This document shows positions 18,228 to 26,910 of a stretch of 29,643 bases of DNA, one piece after another (position 1 is the first letter of the stretch; the number at the start of each line of letters is the position of its first letter). Both the position numbers and the translations under genes were made by a program. Origin of the DNA: Clostridia bacterium (GTDB lineage Bacteria > Bacillota > Clostridia > Monoglobales > Monoglobaceae); contig JAZNMD010000181.1 in NCBI GenBank assembly GCA_045579385.1, forward strand, positions 1-29,643. Direction: 5' to 3'. Below the pieces are notes generated by a model. That model ran no database searches, had not been told where the DNA came from, and worked only from the letters and a program-made list of their open reading frames with translations.

Positions 18228-19346
18228 TTGAACATTCATAATCTTAACAAACATAACGATTTTAAAAAGAACTTTGACTTTTTGCTGTTTGGCCTTGTGC
18301 TGGGGGCGGCTGTTTTTGGTATTGTTATGATTTCAAGTGCGGCACCGTCGCCGTTTAAATATACCTTTGTGCAGTCAATGGCTCTTGTTTTGGGATTATG
18401 TGCAATAGCTGTGCTTATGGTGCTTGATTATGAATATCTTGCGGGGATTACAGGTTATTTGTACCTGATTTCAGTAGTTTTACTTATTCTGGTGTTGATT
18501 CCCGGAATAGGAACATATGAAAACGGAGCAAGAAGCTGGTTTCGTTTTGGCTCACTCATTGGTATTCAGCCGGCAGAACTTGTGAAAATTGCATTTATAA
18601 TTACTTTTTCAAAGCATCTTTCTGAGGTTGATGACCTGATTGACAGACCCAGAAACGTGGTATTTTTGCTTATTCATATGGGGATTTTAATCGGCCTTAT
18701 ACTGCTTCAGCCTGACTTTGGCACAGCTGTGGTTTTTGTGTTTATTGCAATTGCAATGCTGTTTGCAGCTAAAATCAGCTGGAAGTATCTTGCAGGCGGA
18801 TTAGGCGCGGTTGCGGCTGCTTTGCCGATTGCCTGGTTTTTTATACTGAAACCTTATCAAAAAGAAAGAATTATAAACCTGTTTAACCCTGAAAATGACC
18901 CGTCAGGTACGGGGTATCAGGTAATACAGTCCAAGATAGTTGTCGGCTCGGGCAAATTCTTCGGGTGCGGTCTTTATCAGGGCGGAAGCAAATACAACAA
19001 CTTTTTGCCTGAACGCCATACGGATTTCATCTTCTCGGTTATATGTGAAGAATTAGGATTCTTAGGCGGAGTGTTGACGGTTATCCTGCTTACAGCAATA
19101 GTGATAAGATGCCTGGCGATAGGAATGAAGGCACGCAACAACTTGGGGTTATATATCTGTGTGGGTGTTGCTGCTATGTTTGCTTTCCATATTATCGAAA
19201 ACGTGGGAATGTGCATAGGTCTTATGCCAGTAACGGGTATTCCGCTGCCATTTTTCAGTTATGGCGGCTCGTCAATGCTGACCAACCTGATAGCAATAGG
19301 ACTGGTTCTCAATGTGAAATACCGAAGTAAAGCAATAAACTTTTAA
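18228..19346 (+). CDS. rodA: Rod shape-determining protein RodA (SEDS family)
   Basis: GARSW, IQPAELVKI, QPDFGTA, YQKERI, GYQVIQS, PERHTDFIFS, GIPLPFFSYGGSS. Confidence 0.9.
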   Translation: MNIHNLNKHNDFKKNFDFLLFGLVLGAAVFGIVMISSAAPSPFKYTFVQSMALVLGLCAIAVLMVLDYEYLAGITGYLYLISVVLLILVLIPGIGTYENGARSWFRFGSLIGIQPAELVKIAFIITFSKHLSEVDDLIDRPRNVVFLLIHMGILIGLILLQPDFGTAVVFVFIAIAMLFAAKISWKYLAGGLGAVAAALPIAWFFILKPYQKERIINLFNPENDPSGTGYQVIQSKIVVGSGKFFGCGLYQGGSKYNNFLPERHTDFIFSVICEELGFLGGVLTVILLTAIVIRCLAIGMKARNNLGLYICVGVAAMFAFHIIENVGMCIGLMPVTGIPLPFFSYGGSSMLTNLIAIGLVLNVKYRSKAINF

Positions 19347-19356
19347 AAGGACAATA

Positions 19357-19392
19357 AAAAATGGTTGCAAGATTAGTCTTGCAACCATTTTT
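19357..19392. terminator. Bidirectional terminator (rodA / rhamnosidase)
   Basis: AAAAATGGTTGCAAGA-TTAG-TCTTGCAACCATTTTT. Confidence 0.9.
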
Positions 19393-19405
19393 GTTGTAAT
19401 AAACG

Positions 19406-21535
19406 TTAAATTGTAAAGCTGTATTCGCCTGCGTCATAGCTTCCTGAATGACTTCCAAGCTCAAGCTTAAATGGAATTGGCGAGCTTATGTAGTAAACAG
19501 AAGCCTGTCTTTTTACTGTTATGCCACGAACTGTAGCAGTAAATTCTTTCAGATTTTCAACCGCATACGGGGCAATTCTTAAAGTATCCCATCCAAAACC
19601 GTCAACATTGATACCTGCCACAATGCGGAAGAACCAACCGCTGACAGTTGCCATAAAGTGATGGTTAAGACTTTGTGGATTTTTCTCAAAGTCAAAGTTG
19701 AATTGCTCAGGCAAGGTTGTTGGTACTGTGAGCAAGCTTTTTGCATAGCCAAGCTCCTTTTCGTTTGTAAGAACCTCAAAAATCAGGTCGTTGTAGCCAT
19801 AGCGACCAAATACGTCAAACAGCATTCTTAAACCGTGAACGCCGCATTTAAATGATTTGTTGTCGTTAATAACAATCTGTGCCGCAGCGTCAACGTGGGA
19901 CTGGATTTCGTCGTCTGTCAGTATGCCTGTATAAACTGAGCCGATAAGAGTGGTAAAGTGACGGTCTGTAAGCTGTCCGTCGGACATATATTTTTCCCTG
20001 AACTGACGGCGTATTTCTTCGGCGAGAGCCTCCCATTCGGAAGCATCACGCCCTGTTACCCGTGCAAGCTCTGCCATAGCAAGTGCGTCCTGACGATACC
20101 AAAGGGTGTCGGTTACTTCGATTTTACATCTGGGGTTATCGATTGACACCCAGTCGCCCACGCCAAAGTCCATAAGACAGTTTTCGCTGCGGGATTTAAA
20201 ATATTTCATCATCAAAACCATATTATCCCACATCAGGTCTATTACTTCGCGGTTACCGGTGTACTTATACATATAGTATGGAATCAATATAATTGCACTG
20301 CTGAAGTCAAGCCCGTTGGCAAAGTTAAAGGGCCAGTCAAAGCGGCAGGGAATAATTGAAGACAAATGCCCGTCTGCAGTCTGGTCGTCCTGGAACAGCT
20401 TCATCCATTCGTAATACATATTATATGCGTCAAATTCCATTGACACAACCTCAGATGTAAGCATACCATCGCCTGTCCACTCGTTTTGTTCACGCTGAGG
20501 ACAGTCAAGCATTACGCCCTGGCAGCACTCTAAGATTGAGTTCACACAAGCCTTGTGAAGCTTGTTGAGTATCGGGCTGGAACATTCAAAGGAAGAAAGA
20601 GGCTTTATGTCGGTGTGAGCTTTAATTGCGGTTACCTCAACATCCTTTGCACCTGTTACCTCAACATACCTGAACCCGTGGAAAGAGAATAAAGGCTCAA
20701 AGGTAACTTCCTGGTCGGGGTCGCTGTAAATCACATCACGATGGGTCATTTCCTTGTGAGCTGTCCAATGGAAGCCGTTTGTCGATGCGTGAAGGCCATC
20801 TCCGGTAAGCCATTCGGTGTAAAGAACAGAAACCTCTTCTTCGTGCGTACCCCTTATCTTAATACGCACCCAGCCTGAAATGTTGTCGTCAAATGAGAAA
20901 ACACCGGGTGCAATTTCTTTACCGGGAATTTCCTCTGCAATCTTTTTGGGGGGAGTTGTAACAGGACGAAGTTTCCCTCCTGGGCCTGCACAGATAAATG
21001 CGTGGTCCCAGGTATCTGTGGAAGTTTCGGGGAGGTTCCATCCGGCAACTTCAAGTCTTGGGTCATATTTTTCGCCGCATCTGCGCAAGCTGAAAAGAAT
21101 TGGCGACGGATGACACTTAAAAGATGTGTCACTGACGATGGTTTCAGTCTCGCTGGTTTTATATTCAATATCAAGCTGTGCTATCATACGTGGTGTCGGA
21201 ACACGGAAAGAATATTCAGGGTCCACAAGACATATTCCTCCAAGGATAATTCCCAAACGGTTGATACCGCTCTTAATATAATCGGTAAGATCATAGGTGT
21301 TATATATTGCAGATTTGTTATAAGCGGACCTTTGAGTTGGATGCACAGTGTTCGGGAGACGATCCCCGTTTAAGTAGTATACTCCCTGACCGAGACCGCA
21401 TATATTAAGTGTTACTTTGCTGACAGGAGCCTTTATGTCAAAATCCCGTACAAAGTAGGGTTGAGGACGGTCAGCCCCTGGGGCATACCACACTTTCCAG
21501 TCAACATCAGTTATCCATTTTGCATTTTCAAACAT
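19406..21535 (-). CDS. Alpha-L-rhamnosidase family (GH78) glycoside hydrolase, no signal peptide
   Basis: FHGFRYVEV, DCPQREQNEWTGD, GDW, TTLPEQF, SLNH. Start set at ATG 21535 (GAGGTG RBS). Confidence 0.88.
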   Translation of the reverse strand: MFENAKWITDVDWKVWYAPGADRPQPYFVRDFDIKAPVSKVTLNICGLGQGVYYLNGDRLPNTVHPTQRSAYNKSAIYNTYDLTDYIKSGINRLGIILGGICLVDPEYSFRVPTPRMIAQLDIEYKTSETETIVSDTSFKCHPSPILFSLRRCGEKYDPRLEVAGWNLPETSTDTWDHAFICAGPGGKLRPVTTPPKKIAEEIPGKEIAPGVFSFDDNISGWVRIKIRGTHEEEVSVLYTEWLTGDGLHASTNGFHWTAHKEMTHRDVIYSDPDQEVTFEPLFSFHGFRYVEVTGAKDVEVTAIKAHTDIKPLSSFECSSPILNKLHKACVNSILECCQGVMLDCPQREQNEWTGDGMLTSEVVSMEFDAYNMYYEWMKLFQDDQTADGHLSSIIPCRFDWPFNFANGLDFSSAIILIPYYMYKYTGNREVIDLMWDNMVLMMKYFKSRSENCLMDFGVGDWVSIDNPRCKIEVTDTLWYRQDALAMAELARVTGRDASEWEALAEEIRRQFREKYMSDGQLTDRHFTTLIGSVYTGILTDDEIQSHVDAAAQIVINDNKSFKCGVHGLRMLFDVFGRYGYNDLIFEVLTNEKELGYAKSLLTVPTTLPEQFNFDFEKNPQSLNHHFMATVSGWFFRIVAGINVDGFGWDTLRIAPYAVENLKEFTATVRGITVKRQASVYYISSPIPFKLELGSHSGSYDAGEYSFTI

Positions 21536-21576
21536 ATGAAACACCTCACTGTAATTTTGAAATTCAATTTACGTTT

Positions 21577-21605
21577 ATTCTAACATAATGAGGCTAACTT
21601 AGCAA
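21577..21605 (-). promoter_or_regulatory. Sigma-A promoter of the GH78 gene
   Basis: Minus strand TTGCTA-17 nt-TAGAAT with TGn. Confidence 0.55.
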
Positions 21606-21682
21606 TACCAAAAACAAAAAAACTTACAAAATATAACAGACAAAAAACAAATATAAGAGGAACGGACGAAGGGGCATTTCCC

Positions 21683-21711
21683 TTGACTTTATAGGGGGTT
21701 AGAGGTATAAT
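21683..21711 (+). promoter_or_regulatory. Sigma-A promoter upstream of the structured RNA / pseudokinase-cca unit
   Basis: TTGACT-17 nt-TATAAT. Confidence 0.75.
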
Positions 21712-21715
21712 GAAT

Positions 21716-21916
21716 GTATCTTAGGGAAAAACGAATTTTTCGTTTTTCCCAGCCAAATATAGCATTTGGCTGGGAAATTGTAAAACAATTTCCCGATACT
21801 TTATTAAAACTAGGTTCTTGAAAGTTACTTTTTATAAAAGCAACTTTCTTAGCCGCAATAAAGCGGCATCAAAACATTGATTGCATCAATGTTTTGACAA
21901 AGAACCGTCGTTATAA
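21716..21916 (+). ncRNA. Candidate structured RNA (leader or sRNA): two consecutive four-way junctions
   Basis: Six hairpins of 5-13 bp, grouped three-and-three inside closing stems GTATC/GATAC and GGTTCTT/AAGAACC. Begins at the expected TSS of the promoter at 21683-21711. Confidence 0.5.
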
Positions 21917-21972
21917 TGAACTGACAGTATATAAAAGAATTATTGTGGATTAAACGAAAGGAGCTGTGCGGT

Positions 21973-22818
21973 ATGTATTTTAATTTTGGAGAGAGCAACC
22001 TGCTTTCAATGATTTCAAATCTTAAACATATGGTAAGGTTGAATTATACTGCGATTGAGGCAGTTGAATTCAGGGAGCCTTTGTCTGCCGTCTCAGCACA
22101 GCAACTGCAGCTTGCAAAGTTTTGCGACCTGCAACTTAATCGCATGTGTAATATTATTGAATATCTTATGGAGAAACATCCTGCAGACAAAAAGGCAATA
22201 CAAAGTTTTTATATAAAAGATATTATTGAAGGGATTACAGAACAATTCTATCTGGCAATATCGAGATGTAAAGATGTAAATATCGAGATTGATATAAGAA
22301 CGAATGAAAAAGCGGATATAATGATTGACAAATCAAAGTTTGAGCTTGTTTTTCTTAATATTCTTTATTGCTGCATTAAAGACCGTGAAGAAGACAAAAA
22401 CAGAAAAACCAAAATCATTGTTACAGTAAGCGAAAGCAAGGGCAGAGTACTTTTTCGTATCAGGGACAACAAGCTGCCCTTGCGTTTAGGAGATAAAGAA
22501 GACGTCTTTGCAATGCCTGAAATGACAGGAGATGCATCGCGTGATTTGTCCGCCGAGGCCCTTATTTATTTTTCACTGCACGTTGCGGACAAGGCGGCAA
22601 GTGAAATGGAGGGCACACTTCGTCACACACCGCTTAAGTCAGGAAACAGATTCGACATCAATCTTCCAAAGGAACACAAGGGCGTATATCGCGCAAACAG
22701 TACTGCAGAGTATTTGCCGACATACAGCTATTACAACGAGTTCGTTGCTGACATCAAGATTAAAATATTCGAAAAAATAATCCAGGAACTTGAAGGCGGG
22801 GAGGTGCCTTTTCTGTGA
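21973..22818 (+). CDS. Degenerate histidine-kinase-like protein (HisKA + HATPase_c fold, catalytic boxes eroded), no sensor domain
   Basis: Aligns by eye to clostridial HKs: ISNLKH (H-box ISHELR), FLNILYCCIK (N-box LNLLSNAIK), IRDNKLP (DxGxG), FSLHVAD (GLGL), GNRFDINLP. Start ATG 21973 with AAAGGAG RBS. Confidence 0.65.
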   Translation: MYFNFGESNLLSMISNLKHMVRLNYTAIEAVEFREPLSAVSAQQLQLAKFCDLQLNRMCNIIEYLMEKHPADKKAIQSFYIKDIIEGITEQFYLAISRCKDVNIEIDIRTNEKADIMIDKSKFELVFLNILYCCIKDREEDKNRKTKIIVTVSESKGRVLFRIRDNKLPLRLGDKEDVFAMPEMTGDASRDLSAEALIYFSLHVADKAASEMEGTLRHTPLKSGNRFDINLPKEHKGVYRANSTAEYLPTYSYYNEFVADIKIKIFEKIIQELEGGEVPFL

Positions 22819-24035
22819 TGCTTCCGCATTTCGTAGAGGACATAATTAAAAAAATCAGCGACAGCGGTTTTCAGGCATTCGTCGTGGGAGGCTCTGTAAG
22901 GGATCTTTTATGTGGTAAAAAACCGGTCGACTGGGATATTACCACCTCGGCAACACCAACAGAGATTATGGAGATTTTTTCGGACGAACGAATAATTCCC
23001 ACGGGGATAGAACACGGAACTGTAACCCTTATTGCAAAGGGAATTCCCGTTGAGATAACAACCTACCGTATAGATGGCGATTACAAGGATTGCAGGCATC
23101 CCCAAAGTGTGATCTTTTCGGCAAATGTAGAAGAGGATTTAAAAAGGCGGGACTTTACGATAAACTCTATGGCATATAACGAAGAAGCTGGCTTAATTGA
23201 CCCGTTTGGAGGCAGAAAAGATTTAGAGGACAGGCTTATTCGCTGTGTGGGCGAGCCAAAGCAACGGTTTAAAGAGGACGCCCTTCGCATAATGAGGGCG
23301 TTAAGATTTTCAGCTGCACTGGGATTTGATATTGAGGCTTCCACAAAGGATGCGGTTTTTGCGTCCTCAGAGCTTTTAAAAAACATATCAGCAGAACGAA
23401 TATCTGCTGAGCTTTCCAAACTGCTTGAGGCAGATACACCTCAGAAGGTCTTGGCTGAATACAAAGCGGTTTTTGAAGAAATTTTTGGGGTTAAGCTTGA
23501 AAAAACTTTGTGGGAAGAAGTGGTAGAGGCTGTTTCGCTCGCAGAGAGGGACGCTTCGACAAGACTTTCCTTGCTTATTTGTGGTGTAGCCTGGGAGGAT
23601 GCAGTAAATATTTTAAAAAAACTTCGATATGACAATAAAACTCAAAAAGAGACAAAACTCCTGTGCGATTATCAAAAAATAAAGCTTCCGACGGACCCAT
23701 ATCTTGTAAAAAAGGAGATTTTTAAAATCGGGGAAGAGGCATTTTTAAAAGTACTGGGGGCAAAACGGACATATAAAAAAGCTCTGGGCGTTAAAGACCG
23801 GGAGCTTGAGGAAACGGAAAGAGTTTTTAATAATATAATCCATGAAAGCCAGTGTTGCTCGTTTAAACAGCTTGCTGTCAAAGGCGAAGATGTCAAAAAA
23901 CAGTTTGGAGTTCAAGGAAAGGCTGTGGGAGACATACTCCGCGCCCTGCTGGATGCAGTAATGCTTGAAAAATGCAGGAACCAAAATTCTGAGCTTATAA
24001 AATACGCAAGAGAAAATATTTTCAACAAGGCATAA
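22818..24035 (+). CDS. cca: CCA tRNA nucleotidyltransferase
   Basis: VGGSVRD, DWDITT, EITTYR, DLKRRDFTINSMA, EDALRIMRA, SAERI. ATG overlaps the upstream TGA (TGATG); GTG at 22815 is an alternative start. Confidence 0.92.
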   Translation: MLPHFVEDIIKKISDSGFQAFVVGGSVRDLLCGKKPVDWDITTSATPTEIMEIFSDERIIPTGIEHGTVTLIAKGIPVEITTYRIDGDYKDCRHPQSVIFSANVEEDLKRRDFTINSMAYNEEAGLIDPFGGRKDLEDRLIRCVGEPKQRFKEDALRIMRALRFSAALGFDIEASTKDAVFASSELLKNISAERISAELSKLLEADTPQKVLAEYKAVFEEIFGVKLEKTLWEEVVEAVSLAERDASTRLSLLICGVAWEDAVNILKKLRYDNKTQKETKLLCDYQKIKLPTDPYLVKKEIFKIGEEAFLKVLGAKRTYKKALGVKDRELEETERVFNNIIHESQCCSFKQLAVKGEDVKKQFGVQGKAVGDILRALLDAVMLEKCRNQNSELIKYARENIFNKA

Positions 24036-24052
24036 AACAAGCCTGTTTGCAA

Positions 24053-24730
24053 TTACAGAAAAATTGCAATAATCACGGTAACAACTCCGCAAAGACCAAC
24101 AGCGATGCCGCTTACCGAACCTTCGGTTTCCCCTATTTCTATGGCTTTGGTTGTGCCGAGAGCGTGACTTGATGCACCAATAGCAAGCCCTGCGGCAACA
24201 GAATCATCCACCTTGAACCATTTGATGAAGTAGGGTGCAAAAATAGCACCGGTTATTCCGGTTACACAAACTGCAGCAATGGTTATGGGAACAATACCGC
24301 CCAGCTGTTCTGATAGATTGCCAGCAAAAGCGGCAGTTATTGATTTGGGCAAAAGACTTGCAGTCAGGTCGTCGGGGAGATTAAAAAGTCTGCACATTAA
24401 AAATATGCTGACAAGTGCAGCTGATGCACCGGTAACAGAACCGACAAGTATCGGCAGGAGATTTTTTTTGATTATATCAAGCTTTCGGTAGATTGAAACC
24501 GCAAGCGAAGCGGTTGCAGGGGCAAGGAACATGGAAACAAAGCCTGCACCTTGCATAAAGCTTTCAAGCGGTATTTTAAACAAAGTAAGTATTGCGATTA
24601 TGATAAGAGCCGCCACGGGCATAGGGCTGAGGATTGCGTAGTTAAAGCGCTTTCTTATGGCAAGAGCCACCTGATATGCGCCTATACAAAGAGTAAACCC
24701 GAAAATAGGACTGTTTAAAATATCAGACAT
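24053..24730 (-). CDS. lrgB: LrgB/CidB family membrane protein
   Basis: LAPATASLA, PKSITAA, GLAIGASSHALGT. Start at ATG 24730, overlapping lrgA. Confidence 0.9.
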   Translation of the reverse strand: MSDILNSPIFGFTLCIGAYQVALAIRKRFNYAILSPMPVAALIIIAILTLFKIPLESFMQGAGFVSMFLAPATASLAVSIYRKLDIIKKNLLPILVGSVTGASAALVSIFLMCRLFNLPDDLTASLLPKSITAAFAGNLSEQLGGIVPITIAAVCVTGITGAIFAPYFIKWFKVDDSVAAGLAIGASSHALGTTKAIEIGETEGSVSGIAVGLCGVVTVIIAIFL

Positions 24731-25097
24731 TTTTCTTAGCCTCCTTTGCTTTGCCAATAAGACGGATTGTGAGCTTGACTGCATATGCAGTTGCTGCAAA
24801 GGTTATAACCGTGGTTACGATACAAATAAGTAAGAATTGCCACCAAATATTACGCAGAACATCAACGTATGAAACAATGGCAACAGTTGCCGGCACAAAC
24901 ACAAGCCCCATATTTTGTGCCAGAAAATCCGACACGGGCTCAAAATGCGAAGGCTTTAATATTCCAAAGAACAAAAGTAAAAAAACAAGCACCATGGCAA
25001 GCACGCTTCCCGGGAAGGGGAATGGGAGAAAATGAGATATTATGTCACTTATAAAACATACTCCGAAGAGTATAAAAACTTTTTTCAAAATATTCAT
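24723..25097 (-). CDS. lrgA: CidA/LrgA family holin-like membrane protein
   Basis: PFPGSVLAM...FVPATV pattern; sits upstream of lrgB. Confidence 0.88.
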   Translation of the reverse strand: MNILKKVFILFGVCFISDIISHFLPFPFPGSVLAMVLVFLLLFFGILKPSHFEPVSDFLAQNMGLVFVPATVAIVSYVDVLRNIWWQFLLICIVTTVITFAATAYAVKLTIRLIGKAKEAKKNV

Positions 25098-25136
25098 CAG
25101 GACACCTCAAAAGCTAATCTTTGATAATTACAATAG

Positions 25137-25165
25137 ATTATATTATATTTTGGTATAAAATGCAA
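25137..25165 (-). promoter_or_regulatory. Sigma-A promoter of lrgAB
   Basis: Minus strand TTGCAT-17 nt-TATAAT. Confidence 0.6.
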
Positions 25166-25234
25166 ATAAATTATTGAAAAATCAAAAAAATATGCCCAGG
25201 GGGCATATTTATTCGTGAAAGAGAGGCAACATTT

Positions 25235-25741
25235 ATGAAAGAAATTTCTGTTAGGTCAAAGGTGTGTTGTTTTACGGGTCATAGATATATTCCAAGGAAC
25301 TTTGAAAAAATCCTTATCAGGCAAACTGCGGTTGCGATTGAAAAACTTCTGTCAAAAGGAGTCAGCACGTTTCTTTCCGGAGGTGCAGTAGGATTTGATC
25401 TTATGGCGGCAACAGTTGTACTGGATATAAAAAAAAGATTTCCCGGTTTGTCTTTGGTAATGGTGCTTCCCTGCAAGGATCAGAGCGAGCGTTGGAGCAT
25501 TAAAGATAAAAAGCTTTATAATTATGTTTTAAGTGAAGCGGATGAGGTGATTTACTTATCCGAAAAATATTGTACAGGGTGTATGCACAAACGAAACCGG
25601 GTTATGGTTGAAAACAGCGGATATTGCGTTTCCTATTACACCGTCAAAAGCGGCGGAACAGCACACACCATAGGTCTTGCAAAAGAGCAGGAATTGGTAA
25701 TTTTTAACATGGCGGAAAGCCTTATCCCAGATGACTTATAA
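25235..25741 (+). CDS. DUF1273/YpsA-like SLOG family protein
   Basis: CCFTGHR, GGAVGFDL, RNRVMV, SGGTAHT. Confidence 0.85.
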   Translation: MKEISVRSKVCCFTGHRYIPRNFEKILIRQTAVAIEKLLSKGVSTFLSGGAVGFDLMAATVVLDIKKRFPGLSLVMVLPCKDQSERWSIKDKKLYNYVLSEADEVIYLSEKYCTGCMHKRNRVMVENSGYCVSYYTVKSGGTAHTIGLAKEQELVIFNMAESLIPDDL

Positions 25742-26042
25742 GCGTTAAGCTTACCCCTATACATAAAAGGCAGACTGTGATAAAGGCAAAAAAAAGCAAC
25801 TTTTTTGACTGTGAACTTTTTTCAGGCTTTGCTTTTGTGCTGGGGTCACTTTCTTTTATGCGGTCAACCTGACGGATGTAATTGTCGATTATTTGCTGTG
25901 CTTCGGCTGCAATATTGCTTTCGACAGAGCGGGAAGCCTTTTCTTTTTGGCTACTTGACTTAAGGATAAAGATTGCCTGGTCGATATTTTCAGAATCGAT
26001 ATTATTTATAATTACAACTCTTCGTGATTTTTTCTCGGTCAT
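25722..26042 (-). CDS. Hypothetical protein with a C-terminal membrane anchor (106 aa)
   Basis: AAGGGG RBS; soluble N-terminus (RRVVIINN...DQAIFILK) and a hydrophobic C-terminal helix; overlaps the DUF1273 3' end by 20 bp. Confidence 0.7.
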   Translation of the reverse strand: MTEKKSRRVVIINNIDSENIDQAIFILKSSSQKEKASRSVESNIAAEAQQIIDNYIRQVDRIKESDPSTKAKPEKSSQSKKLLFFAFITVCLLCIGVSLTLISHLG

Positions 26043-26114
26043 ATGATTTACATCCCCTTATTATTTTGTAGTTAATCTTAAAGGGAGGATTTGCAAAATA
26101 ATAAAAATTTATAC

Positions 26115-26166
26115 AAAAACAGATAACAAAGACACGCCTCGGCAAAAGGCGTGTCTTTGTTATCTG
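26115..26166 (-). terminator. Terminator of the SSB-like gene
   Basis: 20-bp perfect stem (26120-26139 / 26147-26166), 7-nt loop, followed by TTTTT on the minus strand. Confidence 0.85.
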
Positions 26167-26171
26167 CAATA

Positions 26172-26810
26172 TTAAGGCTCAAAACAGGTTTTGTCAAGCT
26201 TCGCAACTGAAACCTCAAATGCGGTCTTGGACTGTGTTTCGGTGTCACTAATTTTCTTTTGGTATTCCCGGCTTTGAATTCTGCCTTTTATAATCACATT
26301 GTCGCCCACCTTCAACCTTTCGGCATAGCGTGCATTTCTGCCCCAGGCAATGCAGGGGATGTAATCCGACTTGTTGTAGGAGCGGTTTACAGCAAGCAAT
26401 ATATCAGCAATTTCACGCCCGAATGGGGTGGTGCGGTAGACGGGTTGTTTGCATATATAACCGTTAAGTATAATGGAGTTCGAGATATCGAAGGGCTCAT
26501 CTTCCTCAAATTTTTCGATATTCTTGACAAAAACCGTAAGAATAAGGCGGTTGCCGGTGCTTGAAAAGTTGTTGTAGGAACGGAACTGACCCTCAATTCT
26601 GACATTGTCGCCCGTTTGTATTCCATCTCCCACAAGAAACTTTTCGGAAACAGTTACTTTTATAATATCCCTTGCTTCGCTGAGCCTGGGAGTATCAAGT
26701 AAAAAGGTATAAAACATTTCTTCGTATACTTCGTGAGAAAATTCTGGCTCAGTCAAAACTGTGCCGGATATCTCCACTTTATTATTTTCTGTGTAATTTT
26801 CGGTATTCAA
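26172..26810 (-). CDS. Single-stranded DNA-binding protein with two tandem OB folds
   Basis: TTG start with AGGGAG RBS. Internal repeat GDNVRIEGQFRSYN / GDNVIIKGRIQSRE; SDYIPCIAWG motif; no acidic DDDIPF tail. Confidence 0.85.
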   Translation of the reverse strand: MNTENYTENNKVEISGTVLTEPEFSHEVYEEMFYTFLLDTPRLSEARDIIKVTVSEKFLVGDGIQTGDNVRIEGQFRSYNNFSSTGNRLILTVFVKNIEKFEEDEPFDISNSIILNGYICKQPVYRTTPFGREIADILLAVNRSYNKSDYIPCIAWGRNARYAERLKVGDNVIIKGRIQSREYQKKISDTETQSKTAFEVSVAKLDKTCFEP

Positions 26811-26910
26811 AATAATTCACTCCCTAAGCCTTAAGTGTTTTAATATATAGCTATTTATATTTGAATAATATGAGAAATAGAACATTAATAAGATTTCCCA
26901 TTTAAAAAAA

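Noticed and set aside
21716-21916. Hairpin series as a CRISPR or type III toxin-antitoxin repeat array
   Set aside because: The hairpins differ in sequence, with no repeat-spacer periodicity and no cas or toxN genes.
21894-21917. TTGACA...TATAAT as a second promoter inside the structured leader
   Set aside because: The spacer is only 12 nt, incompatible with sigma-A.
25188-25210. 10-bp palindrome AAATATGCCC-AGG-GGGCATATTT upstream of DUF1273
   Set aside because: A single isolated hairpin that cannot be assigned as operator versus terminator; too little to support a call.
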